Assembly: GCA_963710605.1 (NCBI GenBank)
Contig: CAVQBA010000004.1
Coordinates: 640,001 to 704,000, forward strand
Direction of reading: 5' to 3'
Origin: an uncultured cyanobacterium
GTDB taxonomy: Bacteria; Cyanobacteriota; Cyanobacteriia; Cyanobacteriales; Cyanobacteriaceae
Length of the DNA stretch: 64,000 bases
Part shown: positions 51,371-63,939 of the stretch, one piece after another
Layout: each line of letters opens with the position of its first letter
How positions within the stretch are numbered: position 1 is the first letter of the stretch
Program-made: the position numbers and the translations under genes
Notes under the pieces: generated by a model
What the model was told of the DNA's origin: nothing
Database searches by the model: none
What the model saw: only the letters and a program-made list of their open reading frames with translations

Positions 51371-52188
51371 GAGTTAAGAGTTAAGAGTTAATAGTTAAGA
51401 GTTATTTGTTAATTATCAACTTTCTTGCTATTTTGAAAAATTAATTGTATTTTTTAGAGAAAATAAAATGAATATATCTCTATGAATAGACAACAACAAA
51501 TAACGGTACGATCGTTAATTACTAAGTATGATAAAGGATTAAAAAAAACAATTTTTTGAGTCATATATAAATTTATTTCTAGTTAAAATAAACCAAATTA
51601 ACTTGTCTATTTATTTTGAAAAAGTATAAAGGTTGTTATGAAATTTAAACAGAAACTAACATATTTAATCTTAATAATTACGATTACATTTATTTGATCT
51701 TATTTTTATTTATCTTCTACTAGATTGGATTCTTTAGATAAATTTGTTGTTTTTATTTTCTCTTTTTTTTGCACTTGTTAGTCCGAGTTAGATCAGTATT
51801 TTTCTCTATCGAAGATATGATTTAACCATCCAAGGAAATCATAAAATAGTAAGTAAATTGATTAATACCAATATTGACAAGCAAGATAGTTATGGTAGAA
51901 CATTACTTCACATCGTGCGATCGTTTAACTGGTATTTTATCAAGTGTAACCAGTAAAATTGTCAAAATTTGTTCACAAATATCGTTAATTTATTCAGAAT
52001 CATCAAAAACTATTGTCATAATCTCTAAGAAAAGTTAGAATTTTTAACATAAAATATAAGGTTAAGGGGAAAATAAACTTATTTAAGCAAAGACTTAAAA
52101 AAAAATAAAACCCCTGAAAGTTATAATAGACTAGATATATTGCCAAATATAGCAAAAAAAATTAAATAAAATAGGAGGAGCGTATTCA

Positions 52189-53715
52189 ATGGGACTACCA
52201 TGGTATCGTGTACACACGGTCGTCATTAACGATCCCGGTCGTCTAATTGCTGTCCACTTAATGCACACAGCATTAGTAGCAGGTTGGGCTGGATCTATGG
52301 CTTTATATGAATTAGCTGTTTTTGATCCTAGCGACGCAGTTTTAAATCCCATGTGGAGACAAGGGATGTTCGTTTTACCTTTCATGTCTCGTTTAGGTGT
52401 CACAAGTTCTTGGGGTGGCTGGAGTGTCACTGGAGAAACTGGTATTGACCCCGGATTTTGGTCATTTGAAGGTGTAGCGATCGCGCACATCGTCTTATCT
52501 GGATTATTATTCTTAGCCGCAGTATGGCACTGGGTATATTGGGACTTAGACTTATTCACAGATCAACGTACAGGTGAACCAGCATTAGACTTACCTAAAA
52601 TGTTTGGTATTCATTTATTCCTTTCTGGATTACTCTGTTTCGGTTTTGGTGCATTCCACCTAACTGGATTATTTGGTCCTGGTATGTGGGTATCAGATGC
52701 TTACAGTCTGACAGGTCATGTACAACCCGTCGCACCAGAATGGGGTCCTGCTGGATTTAATCCGTTTAATCCCGGTGGTGTTGTAGCTCACCATATTGCC
52801 GCAGGTATCGTCGGAATTATTGCTGGTTTATTCCACCTTAGTGTTCGTCCACCCGAAAGACTATACAAAGCTTTACGGATGGGTAACATTGAAACTGTAC
52901 TTTCTAGTAGTATTGCCGCTGTTTTCTTCGCCGCATTTACCGTTGCAGGTACCATGTGGTATGGAAATGCAACGACTCCTGTTGAATTATTCGGACCTAC
53001 TCGTTATCAATGGGATGAAGGTTACTATCAAGAAGAAATTCAACGTCGTGTACAACAAAGTATCAATGGAGGAGCGACAGAAGCTCAAGCATGGGAAGCA
53101 ATTCCTGAAAAACTTGCCTTCTATGATTATGTCGGTAACAGCCCCGCTAAAGGTGGTTTATTCCGTACGGGTGCAATGGACAATGGTGATGGTATAGCCG
53201 AAGGTTGGTTAGGACACCCTACTTTTAAAGATAAAGAAGGACGTGAATTAAAAGTACGTCGTTTACCTAACTTCTTTGAAACATTCCCTGTTGTTTTAGA
53301 AGACGAAAACGGAGTTGTTCGTGGTGACATTCCTTTCCGTCGTGCTGAGTCTCAACTTAGTGTAGAACAAACTGGTATTACTGTTAGCTTCGCAGGTGGA
53401 GAATTAGATGGTCAAACATTTACTGACCCATTAGATGTTAAACGTTATGCTCGTAAAGCTCAAGGTGGTCAACCTTTTGAATTTGATACCGAAACCTTAA
53501 ATTCTGATGGTGTATTCCGTACTAGCACACGTGGTTGGTTTGCATTTGGTCATGCTTGTTTTGCATTATTGTTCTTCTTCGGTCATATCTGGCATGGTGC
53601 ACGTACATTATTCCGTGATGTATTCGCCGGTGTCGATCCAGACTTAGATCCAGAACAAGTAGAATGGGGTATGTTCCAAAAAGTTGGTGACAAATCTACC
53701 CGTACTACTTCTTAG
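52189..53715 (+). CDS. psbB: Photosystem II CP47
   Basis: [20 protein letters not shown]-terminus; 508 aa; AGGAGG SD. Confidence 0.99.
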   Translation: MGLPWYRVHTVVINDPGRLIAVHLMHTALVAGWAGSMALYELAVFDPSDAVLNPMWRQGMFVLPFMSRLGVTSSWGGWSVTGETGIDPGFWSFEGVAIAHIVLSGLLFLAAVWHWVYWDLDLFTDQRTGEPALDLPKMFGIHLFLSGLLCFGFGAFHLTGLFGPGMWVSDAYSLTGHVQPVAPEWGPAGFNPFNPGGVVAHHIAAGIVGIIAGLFHLSVRPPERLYKALRMGNIETVLSSSIAAVFFAAFTVAGTMWYGNATTPVELFGPTRYQWDEGYYQEEIQRRVQQSINGGATEAQAWEAIPEKLAFYDYVGNSPAKGGLFRTGAMDNGDGIAEGWLGHPTFKDKEGRELKVRRLPNFFETFPVVLEDENGVVRGDIPFRRAESQLSVEQTGITVSFAGGELDGQTFTDPLDVKRYARKAQGGQPFEFDTETLNSDGVFRTSTRGWFAFGHACFALLFFFGHIWHGARTLFRDVFAGVDPDLDPEQVEWGMFQKVGDKSTRTTS

Positions 53716-53741
53716 TCTGCAAGTCTCTTGGTTTTGATTCA

Positions 53742-53781
53742 AAGGAAAGAGGCAGAGTTCGTTTTCTGCTTTTCTTTCCTT
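53742..53781 (+). terminator. Stem-loop between psbB and psbT
   Basis: AAGGAAAGAGGCAGA ... TCTGCTTTTCTTTCCTT. Confidence 0.65.
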
Positions 53782-53824
53782 GATTTAGTTCAATTAGCAA
53801 AATTTACAAAATAGAGGTAAAAAA

Positions 53825-53920
53825 ATGGAAAGTGTAGCTTATATTTTAATTTTAACTATGATGATCGCTGTTTTATTTGCGGCGGTAGCATTTCGTGAAC
53901 CCCCTAAAATTAATAAATAA
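53825..53920 (+). CDS. psbT: Photosystem II protein PsbT (not in the ORF track)
   Basis: MESVAYILILTMMIAVLFAAVAFREPPKINK, directly after psbB, with a GAGG SD. Confidence 0.96.
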   Translation: MESVAYILILTMMIAVLFAAVAFREPPKINK

Positions 53921-54360
53921 AGGGTATTACTAAACTTTTGTTTTACTGTAATACTTGATTTTAATTAATCAAAAAGTCTTTTTCATCTATCTTCATTAAA
54001 CTCATGATTTAGTAAGATAGTAAGGAAAGAGGCTTTTTTCTTTTTTATGATAACTGTTTAAAGTCTAAGAACAAACTAATTGAAGGTGAAGGTAGTCGAA
54101 AAACTAATTTGTTAATCTTTTAATTACTAATGATTAATTGTGTTATCGATACAGGGCTAATTTAAGCACGATCGTCTTGATAATAGTTAAAACTAAAACT
54201 ATACTCAAATATTGTAATTCAAATTTTAGGACAAAAAGTAAAACTTAAATTAATTTAGATGATGAAAGCCGATTTAATTAACCATACAAATAACTAATAG
54301 CTTATAGTTAAAATAACTAATTGCCGTTGATAGTTGCGATTAGTTCAAAAATCAAAAATT

Positions 54361-54856
54361 ATGCAATGTCCCTCATGTCACGTTAACAATACAAGAGTTT
54401 TAGAATCTCGTACTACCGAAAAAGGATACAGTGTACGTAGAAGACGAGAGTGTTTAAATTGTCATCATCGTTTTACTACTTATGAAAGAATCGAATTTGT
54501 GCCGATTAGAGTTGTCAAAAAAGACGGTAGCACGGAATCATTCGAATGAATCTAAAATTTTGAGAGGTATTGTTCGTGCCTGTGAAAAAACAGGAATTGA
54601 CTCGGAAAGGTTAAAGGCATTTGTCGATTCAATCGAATCAGAAATTGAAGAAAAATTTCCGCGTGAAATAACTAGTCAGCAAATAGGAGAATTAATCCTT
54701 ACCCAATTAAGTCATATTTCCCAAGTAGCCTATATTCGATTTGCTTCAGTTTACGGCAACTTTACTAGTGTGGATGATTTTGTGACAACATTAAAACAAT
54801 TAGAAAATAAACCATTACCTAATCCAATTCCAATTAATCATCAAACATCTGAGTAA
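54361..54856 (+). CDS. nrdR: Transcriptional repressor NrdR, split by a +1 frameshift at about 54545
   Basis: [15 protein letters not shown] and RFTTYE in one frame; RACEK and [10 protein letters not shown] in the next. Confidence 0.93.
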
Positions 54857-55233
54857 ATTAGAAATATTGCGTGACTATCATCTCTAACTTCTCAAAATTT
54901 GTTCAAATTCAGATTTTAATGTATGCTAATAATTCTGTATAATGATACTGTCAATCAGAAATTTTATTATTTTTGGTGTTAAAGTAGATAATTACCTATC
55001 AATTTATCAAAGCACTTTTATTATTAATGCTAGCAAAATATAACTTTAGTGGTTTTAGATTAGCTTAATATGAAAGAAAGTAGATTTTGTTTACTTTATA
55101 ACTTTATAGCTGGTAGAAATAATTAATTTTAAACTAATATCTATCTAAATCAATAAACTTTAATTACTTTTAAGTTTAGAGAGGAGGACGAAGAATTATC
55201 ACAATATTAACTGAAAAACAAATTGTAAAACAA

Positions 55234-56331
55234 ATGCCTATGGTCAATCAGACAGAAACCAAAAGTAACGGAGTTGGCTTTACTCATGAGGAGTTTGCCG
55301 CTCTTTTAGATCAGTATGACTATCACTTTAGTCCTGGTGACTTAGTTGCTGGAACAGTATTTAGTATCGAGCCTAAGGGCGCTCTGATTGATATAGGAGC
55401 GAAAACCGCCGCTTTTATTCCTGTAGCAGAATTATCAATTAACCGAGTTGATAACCCTGATGAAATTCTGCAAGCAAATGAAACCAGAGAATTTTTTATT
55501 CTGACTGATGAGAATGAAGATGGGCAACTAACTCTTTCTATTCGTCGAATTGAGTATATGCGTGCTTGGCAAAGAGTACGTCAATTACAAGAAGAAGATG
55601 CAACTGTTTATTCTAACGTTTTCGCAACTAATCGCGGTGGTGCGTTAGTTAGAGTTGAAGGTTTGAGAGGATTTATCCCTGGTTCTCATATTAGTGCTAA
55701 AGATACTAAAGAAGATTTTGTCGGTCAAGATTTACCTTTGAAATTTTTAGAAGTAGATGAAGAACGTAATCGTCTAGTCTTAAGTCATCGTCGTGCTTTA
55801 GTTGAACGTAAGATGAATGGTTTAGAAGTCGGACAAGTGGTAATAGGCTCTGTTCGTGGTATCAAACCTTATGGTGCATTTATCGATATTGGTGGTGTGA
55901 GCGGATTATTACATATATCCGAAATTTCTCACGATCATATTGATACACCTCATAGTGTGTTTAATGTCAATGATGAATTAAAAGTAATGATTATTGATTT
56001 AGATGCCGAAAGAGGACGTATTTCTCTTTCTACAAAGCAACTAGAGCCTGAACCAGGTGATATGCTCAAAAATCGTGATTTAGTTTTTGAGAAAGCTGAG
56101 GAGATGGCACAAAAATACAGAGAAAAATTACTGGCTGTAGATACTGAACAGACAGATAATTCTGAAGTTGTCACCGCAACAGATACAGAGGAAGAAGAAG
56201 AGGTAGCAGTAGTAACTGAAGCTACTGAAGAAAATTCCGATGTTGATGCAACTGATGGCGAAGTAGTCGAAACTGAAGCTTCTTCTGAAGAAGAAGAAGA
56301 ACAAGAAGAACTCACTACTTCTGTTGATTAA
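55234..56331 (+). CDS. rps1: 30S ribosomal protein S1
   Basis: Three S1 domains (GALIDIGAK, GFIPGSHIS, GLLHISEISH) and an acidic tail; psbB-psbT-nrdR-rps1 order. Confidence 0.96.
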   Translation: MPMVNQTETKSNGVGFTHEEFAALLDQYDYHFSPGDLVAGTVFSIEPKGALIDIGAKTAAFIPVAELSINRVDNPDEILQANETREFFILTDENEDGQLTLSIRRIEYMRAWQRVRQLQEEDATVYSNVFATNRGGALVRVEGLRGFIPGSHISAKDTKEDFVGQDLPLKFLEVDEERNRLVLSHRRALVERKMNGLEVGQVVIGSVRGIKPYGAFIDIGGVSGLLHISEISHDHIDTPHSVFNVNDELKVMIIDLDAERGRISLSTKQLEPEPGDMLKNRDLVFEKAEEMAQKYREKLLAVDTEQTDNSEVVTATDTEEEEEVAVVTEATEENSDVDATDGEVVETEASSEEEEEQEELTTSVD

Positions 56332-56416
56332 TTTAAGCTGATTTTAGTATTATTAAAGTAATATACTATCTTTACATAAATTTTTTGATATTTTCATTAT
56401 TTATATTTTGTTTTTG

Positions 56417-56449
56417 ACAAGGGTTCAATTTATTTGTCCCTTGTTTTTT
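56417..56449 (+). terminator. Intrinsic terminator after rps1
   Basis: ACAAGGG...CCCTTGT followed by a T-run. Confidence 0.6.
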
Positions 56450-56502
56450 CTGTAAACGAATTAATGATCATCAACTCAACACTTTTTCTTCTTGGGCTTG
56501 GG

Positions 56503-56766
56503 TTATCCTTGCCATATTTTGACTAATTCTACTTCTTTCTCATCACCTGGTTCAAAACGAATAGCTGTACCTGCCGGAATATTCAAACGCATATTAACTG
56601 TTTTTTCTCGGTCAAAAGTTAAAGCAAAATTTACTTTACTGAATGGAAAATGTGAACCTATTTGAATCGGACGATCGCCTGTATTAGCGACTAGTATCTG
56701 ACAAGTTTCTCTACCTTTATTTAATTCAATTGTTCCTTCTAAAGTGAAAATTTCTCCAGGGATCAT
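56503..56766 (-). CDS. ureB: Urease beta subunit (short, isolated)
   Basis: [17 protein letters not shown] and [15 protein letters not shown] motifs. Confidence 0.9.
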   Translation of the reverse strand: MIPGEIFTLEGTIELNKGRETCQILVANTGDRPIQIGSHFPFSKVNFALTFDREKTVNMRLNIPAGTAIRFEPGDEKEVELVKIWQG

Positions 56767-57013
56767 TTTTAACTCTCTACATATTAATTAATCAAATCAT
56801 ACTATAAACTTAGTTAGTTGCTCCTCAAGTTAGTGTTAAACAAATATCAAGAATTATTAAGCTTAATTGACAATTATCTACTTTTATAAATTTAAAACAA
56901 CTTAACTTAACCGAAAAATTGTTGCTCAATGGTTGTGAAATACCCTCATCTCAAGTGATAATTATAGATAACGAATAATTAGTTAGTTTTTCCTTATCAT
57001 ACAAAATATTATC

Positions 57014-57631
57014 ATGGAATTTTTTTCGTTAGAGCAAATTAAGGAATTAGCACACATTTATGGTTACTGGGCAGTTTTCGCAGGAATTACTTTAGAAAAT
57101 ACTGGCATACCTATTCCAGGAGAAACTATAACGATCGTTGGTGGATTTTTAGCAGGTAGTGGTGAGTTAGATTACAAATATGTTTTACTAGTTACTATTT
57201 TAGGTGCAGTTATAGGAGACAGTTGTGGTTACTTTATTGGACGTATTAGTGGTTGGGATTCATTTCTAAAAATTACTAAGTTTTTTCGTTTACCAGAAAA
57301 TAAAGTCCTGTTAGCCAAACAAAAGTTTATCGAAAATGCAGCTCAAGCGGTATTCTTTGGTCGTTTTATTACTTTACTAAGAATTTTTGCAGGACCGATT
57401 GCAGGGATAGTTAAGATGCCTTATACACAATTTTTGTTTTATAATTTTTTAGGTGCTACTGTTTGGGGTACTATTATCGTGACAGTAGCTTATTATGCAG
57501 GGAAATTTATCTCTTTAACTCAATTGGTTAATTTGGTTGGTCAATTTGGTTTTATTGCTCTAATTATAATTATCGGTTGGATTGTAATTCCTTGGGTATG
57601 GCAGTCTTCTCGTAAGAAAAAAACACCTTAA
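57014..57631 (+). CDS. DedA family membrane protein
   Basis: LENTGIPIPGE, GDSCGYFIGR and FFGRF motifs. Confidence 0.92.
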   Translation: MEFFSLEQIKELAHIYGYWAVFAGITLENTGIPIPGETITIVGGFLAGSGELDYKYVLLVTILGAVIGDSCGYFIGRISGWDSFLKITKFFRLPENKVLLAKQKFIENAAQAVFFGRFITLLRIFAGPIAGIVKMPYTQFLFYNFLGATVWGTIIVTVAYYAGKFISLTQLVNLVGQFGFIALIIIIGWIVIPWVWQSSRKKKTP

Positions 57632-57731
57632 AACAGTGAAAGACGAAGGAAGAAGAAGAAAGGATGAGGAAGCAAAGCACAGACACAAAGCTGTAAATTA
57701 AAGATTTATATTCTCAATTATTAAATATGTT

Positions 57732-60700
57732 TTATTTATGTAATAAATCAAAGGCTTGGAGAGTAGATAAAGGATGAGAAAAGAAATAACCTTGAGCGTA
57801 TCTACCTCCCATTTGCTGAATTAATTGTAACTGCATTTGTGTTTCAATACCTTCTACTACTATCTCTAATTCTAAGTCTTCTGCTAAAGAAAGAATACCT
57901 TTAATCATTTTGGCTTTGGTTGTATTAGTTTCGATGTCTTTAACAAAATAACGATCGACTTTTAAACCTTGAATTGGTAGTCGATGTAAATAACTCAAAT
58001 TGGAATAACCCGTGCCAAAATCATCAATCCATAATTGTATTTTTCGGTGAACTACTTCATTCAGGATTTCGACAACATAATCTTCTTGGAAGATAGAAGA
58101 ATTTTCGGTTAATTCTAATCGTAAATATTCAGGATTGACTTGTGTTTGGCTAATTATTTGATCTAATTTAGCGAGAAAATTCTCACTACTAAATTCTTGA
58201 CAAGAAAGATTAATGTTTAAAGTGGGTAAAATAAAAGGAGATAAATTATTGTCCAAAATACGATCGTGCCATTGTTTTAGTTGTTGGCATCCTTCTTTTA
58301 AAACCCAATAAGTCATTGGTACAATTAAACCTGTATCTTCAGCTAAACCAATAAAACAGTTAGGAGTTGTGAAGCCTAGTTGAGGATGATTCCAACGAAT
58401 CAAACTTTCAAATCCTTTAACATGATTATTATTAGCTAAATCGACTATCGGTTGATAATGAAGAACAAATTCATTTTCTTTTAATCCTTGTCGGATCTCG
58501 TTTTCAAGTTGCAAATTAGCTAAAGCTTCATTATGCATATCTCCTTGAAAAATTTGATAATAAGTTTTTCTTTGTGATTTTGCCTTATATAAAGCTGTAT
58601 CTGCACATTGCAATACTTCTGCGGCAGTTAAACGATTATACTCTTGAGGCTCAATACTGGAACTAAAAAAGATACCTATACTCACACCACAAAACAATTG
58701 ATGCTCTTTGATAGCAAAAGGTGGGCGAAAAGCTTTTTTGATATTTTCAACAATTTCAATAACATCTTTTATTTGTTCAATGTCATCAACCAGAATTGTA
58801 AATTCATCTCCTCCTAATCTAGCAAGTACATTATTTTCTTGGATACAAGTTTTAAGTCTTTCGCCGATCGCAACTAATAATAAATCGCCGATACTATGAC
58901 CTAAACTATCATTAACTGCTTTAAATCGATCGCAGTCAAGAAATAAAACACCAAACTGGTAATTAGGGTTTGAACCTTGTTTTAGTTTTTTTAAAGTACG
59001 ATTTAGATATTTAAGAAGTAAACGACGATTAGGCAAACTTGTTAGTTGATCGTAAAATGCTTGACGATGCAATTTACGTTGAGCTTTTTTGTAGTTAGTA
59101 ATATCTTCTACGGTACCTTCATAATAAAGTAAATCACCTTGATTATTTTTTACAGCCCGAGCATTTTCGCAAATCCAAATGATTTTCCCATCCTGACGAT
59201 AAACTTGAGATTCAAAACCAGTAATCGCTTCTTCTATTTTTAATAAATCGGTAAACTCTTGTCTTCTTTGGGGTTGAACGTATAAATTATTGGCAATATT
59301 ATTGACGCATTTAATTAATTGAGAAGGAGAATCATAACCGTATATCTTGACAAGAGCCTTATTCACTGATAAATAATGTCCTTCAACAGTAGTTTGAAAG
59401 ATACCTTCAACCGCATTATCAAAAAAGTTACGGTATCTATCTTCTGCTTGAGATAAAGCTTCTTCTAAACTTTTACGATCGCTTAGATCGGTGATGATAC
59501 CTTCTAATGCGGATAATTTTCCTTGAGAATCAAAAACACCTTTTCCTTTTTCCCATACCCATTTTTCTTGATTATCTTTAGTAAAAATACGGTATTCTAA
59601 ATAATAATAAGCATTTCTAGCTAAACTAGTTTTGATGGTACTTGATACTCTTTGTAAATCTAAAGGATGAATTATTTTCCGAAAATTTATTTTACCGTCT
59701 TTGAGTAACTCTTTTTTTGTATAACCAGTTAAAGATTGACAACCTTGAGTAAGATAATCAGATTTGTTTTGAGCTTGATAATTAATCCGAAAAAATATAC
59801 CTAAATTAGATTCAAAAATCGACGATAATTTTTGCTTGCTTTCATTTAATTGAGTTTCTATTTGTTTATGACAAAAAAGATGACCTAATTGATAGGCAAC
59901 AGTTTGTAACAAGCTGATGAAATCTTGGTTTTTAGGCAAAGATTGACGAGAGAAAAAGACTAAGACAGAAACAACTTCCCCTCGTGCCAAGACAGGAATA
60001 CCGAAAGCTGTTTTTAATCCACATTCCTCTACTAGTTTTCGCCGTAAAAATAATTCTTGTTGTGATAAATTACGAAACCAAACAGCTTCTTTTTTTGCCC
60101 AAACTTTTCCCGGTAAGCCTTCAGCGTAATGAAATGTATAATCAAAACTTAGTTGTTTGAAATCAGCTAAGGATAAATTGGTTTCACTTACATAATTTTC
60201 CAGGATCGGAAACCACGCTGTAAAATAGGTCAAGCTATTATTTTCCGTATCAGGTAACCATGCTTCGCCAAATTCCCAATTACCTATCGTACAAATTTTT
60301 TGTAATGTAGAAACGATTGCTGTTTCAAAATTAACAGCCGAAGAAACTATCTTAGTCAAATTTAGCAGTAAATATTCTTCGTCTTTAATACTTTTTTGTT
60401 CGGTTATATCAATTATCAATCCTTCTAAAAATAATAACTCTCCTTGTGGAGAATAAACTCCTTTACCCCTTTCCCAAACCCACTTAGTTTTTTGAGATTG
60501 ATGAACTATTCTATATTCTAAATTAAATTCTGTGTGTGATGCGATCGCTGCTTGAATTTCTGAATGCACTAGTTCTTGATCTTCTCTACAAATCAAACTA
60601 TTGTAATTAAGACGATTATTTTCGATGAAATCCCCAGCTTCATAACCAGTTAATTGCCAGCAATTTTCATTTATATAAGTCATTGTCCACTGTCGATCAT

Positions 60701-60776
60701 TACGACATTGATAAACTGTTGCTGGTAGATGATTTACTAAAGATATTAGTTTTGACGACTGAAGAGGTAAATTCAT
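57732..60776 (-). CDS. PAS-GAF-PAS-PAS-GGDEF-EAL c-di-GMP enzyme
   Basis: YDQLTSLPNR, RLGGDEF, FESLIRW, DDFGTGYS and EGIET motifs. Confidence 0.93.
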   Translation of the reverse strand: MNLPLQSSKLISLVNHLPATVYQCRNDRQWTMTYINENCWQLTGYEAGDFIENNRLNYNSLICREDQELVHSEIQAAIASHTEFNLEYRIVHQSQKTKWVWERGKGVYSPQGELLFLEGLIIDITEQKSIKDEEYLLLNLTKIVSSAVNFETAIVSTLQKICTIGNWEFGEAWLPDTENNSLTYFTAWFPILENYVSETNLSLADFKQLSFDYTFHYAEGLPGKVWAKKEAVWFRNLSQQELFLRRKLVEECGLKTAFGIPVLARGEVVSVLVFFSRQSLPKNQDFISLLQTVAYQLGHLFCHKQIETQLNESKQKLSSIFESNLGIFFRINYQAQNKSDYLTQGCQSLTGYTKKELLKDGKINFRKIIHPLDLQRVSSTIKTSLARNAYYYLEYRIFTKDNQEKWVWEKGKGVFDSQGKLSALEGIITDLSDRKSLEEALSQAEDRYRNFFDNAVEGIFQTTVEGHYLSVNKALVKIYGYDSPSQLIKCVNNIANNLYVQPQRRQEFTDLLKIEEAITGFESQVYRQDGKIIWICENARAVKNNQGDLLYYEGTVEDITNYKKAQRKLHRQAFYDQLTSLPNRRLLLKYLNRTLKKLKQGSNPNYQFGVLFLDCDRFKAVNDSLGHSIGDLLLVAIGERLKTCIQENNVLARLGGDEFTILVDDIEQIKDVIEIVENIKKAFRPPFAIKEHQLFCGVSIGIFFSSSIEPQEYNRLTAAEVLQCADTALYKAKSQRKTYYQIFQGDMHNEALANLQLENEIRQGLKENEFVLHYQPIVDLANNNHVKGFESLIRWNHPQLGFTTPNCFIGLAEDTGLIVPMTYWVLKEGCQQLKQWHDRILDNNLSPFILPTLNINLSCQEFSSENFLAKLDQIISQTQVNPEYLRLELTENSSIFQEDYVVEILNEVVHRKIQLWIDDFGTGYSNLSYLHRLPIQGLKVDRYFVKDIETNTTKAKMIKGILSLAEDLELEIVVEGIETQMQLQLIQQMGGRYAQGYFFSHPLSTLQAFDLLHK

Positions 60777-61779
60777 TAAAGCATTAGAAAATATTTGATT
60801 AAAAACAGTAATTAAAGTTTTTTAGGATTCTAAATAACAATTGACTATTACTAATTATCTATTTTAAATGTACCATAAATTTATAATTATGATCTAAATT
60901 TTAGCAACATAAACAAACTATTAAAAACAGGTTATCAAAAATAGGAGAGCTTGCTTTTTTAGCTGATAACTTTATTAAGCTGATAAAACATAGCTTAGTT
61001 ATTTTAAGCATTTTTTATCACCAAAATTAATTAAATTATTAACCAAATGATAAAGTTGTTCTTCATGACAGGTGAGCAACTCATAGCTATCTACTTTAGA
61101 AGCTATCAATTAGTATTTTTAAATAATATGTGAGTGAATAAGTAATTAAAGCTAATTATAGCTTCTAAATAGACAATTTGGATACAATTTAGTCAAAGCT
61201 AATAAATTTAATCTGCTCTAACCTAAGCAATTAATTAGTTTTTTTTAGTTACTTTTTCAAGATGCTTTTCTCATTAATCAAGTTTATTCATTTATTAATT
61301 TTTTTAAGCTACTTAATTATTTGGTCAATGACTATTTTGATTAGGAATTAACTAAATAAGTTTCATAATCTAAAAATCTAGTTTATTTTCTGATTAAAAG
61401 TATTTTTGCAACATATGATAATTAATTAAGTAAACAATGATACAAAAAAAATAAATATTTTTATATATAGCTCAAAAAGGCAAAAACTTTATTTTTAAGT
61501 TACTCAAAAATAAAGATATTATAAAGGGTAAAATCTGTAAACCAAAATGTTAAGCGTAAAAAATTGTCTAATTTTTATTTGAAATAATTATAATCATAGG
61601 GATAAGGGATATTCACTAATTCCTTGGTAATATACCAAAAAAAATATCCTCTGAGAGAAAATTTTGATAGATCTATCAGAAGATAATTAAATTAGATTGT
61701 GACAAACGTCAATAAACTAATTTTGTAAGTACATAGAGTAGTAATCTCTAACTCAACAAAAAATGGGAGATTTAACTGA

Positions 61780-63939
61780 TTATGATTGTGCTTCCTGACG
61801 AGCATTAGCCGCTTGTTCTGGGTGAATACCTAAACGAGTAAGATTCAAACGCCCTTTATTATCAAAACCACGTATTTTGACGACAATTTCATCATTAACA
61901 GTAACCTCATCTTCTACTTTACCAACACGATGTTCTGCTAACTGAGAGATATGAATCATACCTTCTTTACCCGGTAAAACTTCGACAAAAGCACCAATAT
62001 CGATGATACGGGTTACTTTACCTAAATAAACATCTCCTTCATTAAGTTTACGAGTCATGGTTTGGATAATGCGTTTTGCTTCTTGCGCACGTTCGGCTTG
62101 GGTTGCACAAATAACGACTGTACCATCATCATTAATATCAATTTTAGAACCTGTTTGCTCTGTAATCGCCTTGATTGTTTTACCACCTGGCCCTATCACT
62201 AAACCGATCATGTCAGGATCGATTTTGAGGGTAATCAAACGAGGTGCATAAGGAGACAATTCGGGTCGAGGCTCACTAATTGATTTAAGCATTTCTGCTA
62301 AAATGTGTAAACGAGCATCTTTAGCTTGATGGACTGCTTTAGCAATTACTTCTAAATTCAAACCCGTAATTTTCATATCCATTTGTAAAGCGGTGATACC
62401 AGTATCTGTACCTGCCACTTTAAAATCCATATCGCCTAAAAAGTCTTCTATTCCTTGGATATCAGTCAGGATACGAACTTCTTCACCTTCTTTTATTAGC
62501 CCCATTGCCGCTCCACTAACTGGTTTAACGATCGGTACTCCTGCATCCATTAAAGCTAAAGTAGAACCACAAACAGAACCCATTGAGGTAGAACCATTAG
62601 ATGACAACACTTCAGAAACTACACGTATTACGTAAGGAAATTCTTCTTGAGCAGGTAAAACAGGTGTAATTGCTCTTTCGGCTAACGCTCCATGTCCAAT
62701 TTCTCTACGTCCTGGTGAACGTAAGGGTTTGGTTTCACCCACAGAGTAAGCGGGAAAATTATAATGATGGAGATAACGTTTTTCCGAGTTAGGGTGCAAA
62801 TCGTCTCCTAAATCTTGAGCATCTCCTGATGTACCCAAAGTAGCGATCGATAAAACTTGAGTTAAACCTCTTTGGAATAAACCACAACCATGTACTCTAG
62901 GAGGTAATAAACCGACACGAGATTGGATTGGACGTACTTGATCTAGTTTTCTCCCATCAACTCTGACACCGTCTTCAACTATCTGACCTCGCATCAATTT
63001 TTTAGTCAGTTTTTTGAATAGATTAGAGACTAGTTTACCGTTTTGGCTAACAGCGACTTTAATTTCATCTTCTTCAGGTAAAGCTTCGATCGCTTCATTG
63101 ATATTAGTTGCCTTGATTTGATCTAGTGCTTGATCACGAGCTTTTTTATCTAAATCAAATTGAGAAAGAATTTTTTTAATATCTTCTGTTGATTTTTCGC
63201 TGATAAAATTGACAACAGCTTCATTTGGCTCTTCTTTTGGTTCTTCGGTTACCATTTCGATGCCCAATTCTTGAATTAGATCTTTTTGAGCTTTAATTAG
63301 TTCTAAGATCGCTTCATAACCAAATTCGATCGCTTCGATGATATCTTGTTCTGGTAATTGATTAGCACTAGCTTCTACCATCACTACCCCATCAGGAGTA
63401 CCAGCAATAACAATATCTAATTCTCCTTTATCCATTTCTCTGAAAGTCGGATTAATAATAAATTCATCATTAAGTAATCCTACTCTTACTGCCGCCATTG
63501 GTCCTGCGAAGGGAATCCCAGCAATTAAAGTTGCCACAGACGCACCTGTTACTGCTAATACATCAGGAGGTACATCTTCATCCATCGATAAAGTGGTAGC
63601 GACAATTTGAATATCGTCTCTAATCCATGAAGGGAATAAAGGACGTAAAGGACGATCGATTAAACGACTAGTTAGAGTAGCTTTTTCTGGAGGTCTTCCT
63701 TCTCTACGTAAAAAACCGCCAGGAATACGACCGACGGCATATAATTTTTCTTCATAATCTACTGTTAAGGGGAGAAAATCTATTCCTTCTCTTCCTTTAC
63801 TACGAGTTGCGGTTACAAATACTGCTGTATCTCCTGCTTGAATCAATACTGAACCGCCAGCTTGAGGTGCTAGTAATCCTACTTTAATTTTGATGTCTCT
63901 TCCTTCAAAAAAAGATATCGATTTATTATATTCTTCCAT
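61780..63939 (-). CDS. pnp: Polyribonucleotide nucleotidyltransferase
   Basis: [23 protein letters not shown] and DMDFKVAG motifs; KH and S1 domains. Confidence 0.98.
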   Translation of the reverse strand: MEEYNKSISFFEGRDIKIKVGLLAPQAGGSVLIQAGDTAVFVTATRSKGREGIDFLPLTVDYEEKLYAVGRIPGGFLRREGRPPEKATLTSRLIDRPLRPLFPSWIRDDIQIVATTLSMDEDVPPDVLAVTGASVATLIAGIPFAGPMAAVRVGLLNDEFIINPTFREMDKGELDIVIAGTPDGVVMVEASANQLPEQDIIEAIEFGYEAILELIKAQKDLIQELGIEMVTEEPKEEPNEAVVNFISEKSTEDIKKILSQFDLDKKARDQALDQIKATNINEAIEALPEEDEIKVAVSQNGKLVSNLFKKLTKKLMRGQIVEDGVRVDGRKLDQVRPIQSRVGLLPPRVHGCGLFQRGLTQVLSIATLGTSGDAQDLGDDLHPNSEKRYLHHYNFPAYSVGETKPLRSPGRREIGHGALAERAITPVLPAQEEFPYVIRVVSEVLSSNGSTSMGSVCGSTLALMDAGVPIVKPVSGAAMGLIKEGEEVRILTDIQGIEDFLGDMDFKVAGTDTGITALQMDMKITGLNLEVIAKAVHQAKDARLHILAEMLKSISEPRPELSPYAPRLITLKIDPDMIGLVIGPGGKTIKAITEQTGSKIDINDDGTVVICATQAERAQEAKRIIQTMTRKLNEGDVYLGKVTRIIDIGAFVEVLPGKEGMIHISQLAEHRVGKVEDEVTVNDEIVVKIRGFDNKGRLNLTRLGIHPEQAANARQEAQS

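Noticed and set aside
327-62635. Short antisense or overlapping ORFs in the track (e.g. 327-638, 1277-1525, 52131-52559, 52796-53197, 55950-56315, 62057-62635)
   Set aside because: They are shadow frames of well-supported genes and have no independent motifs.
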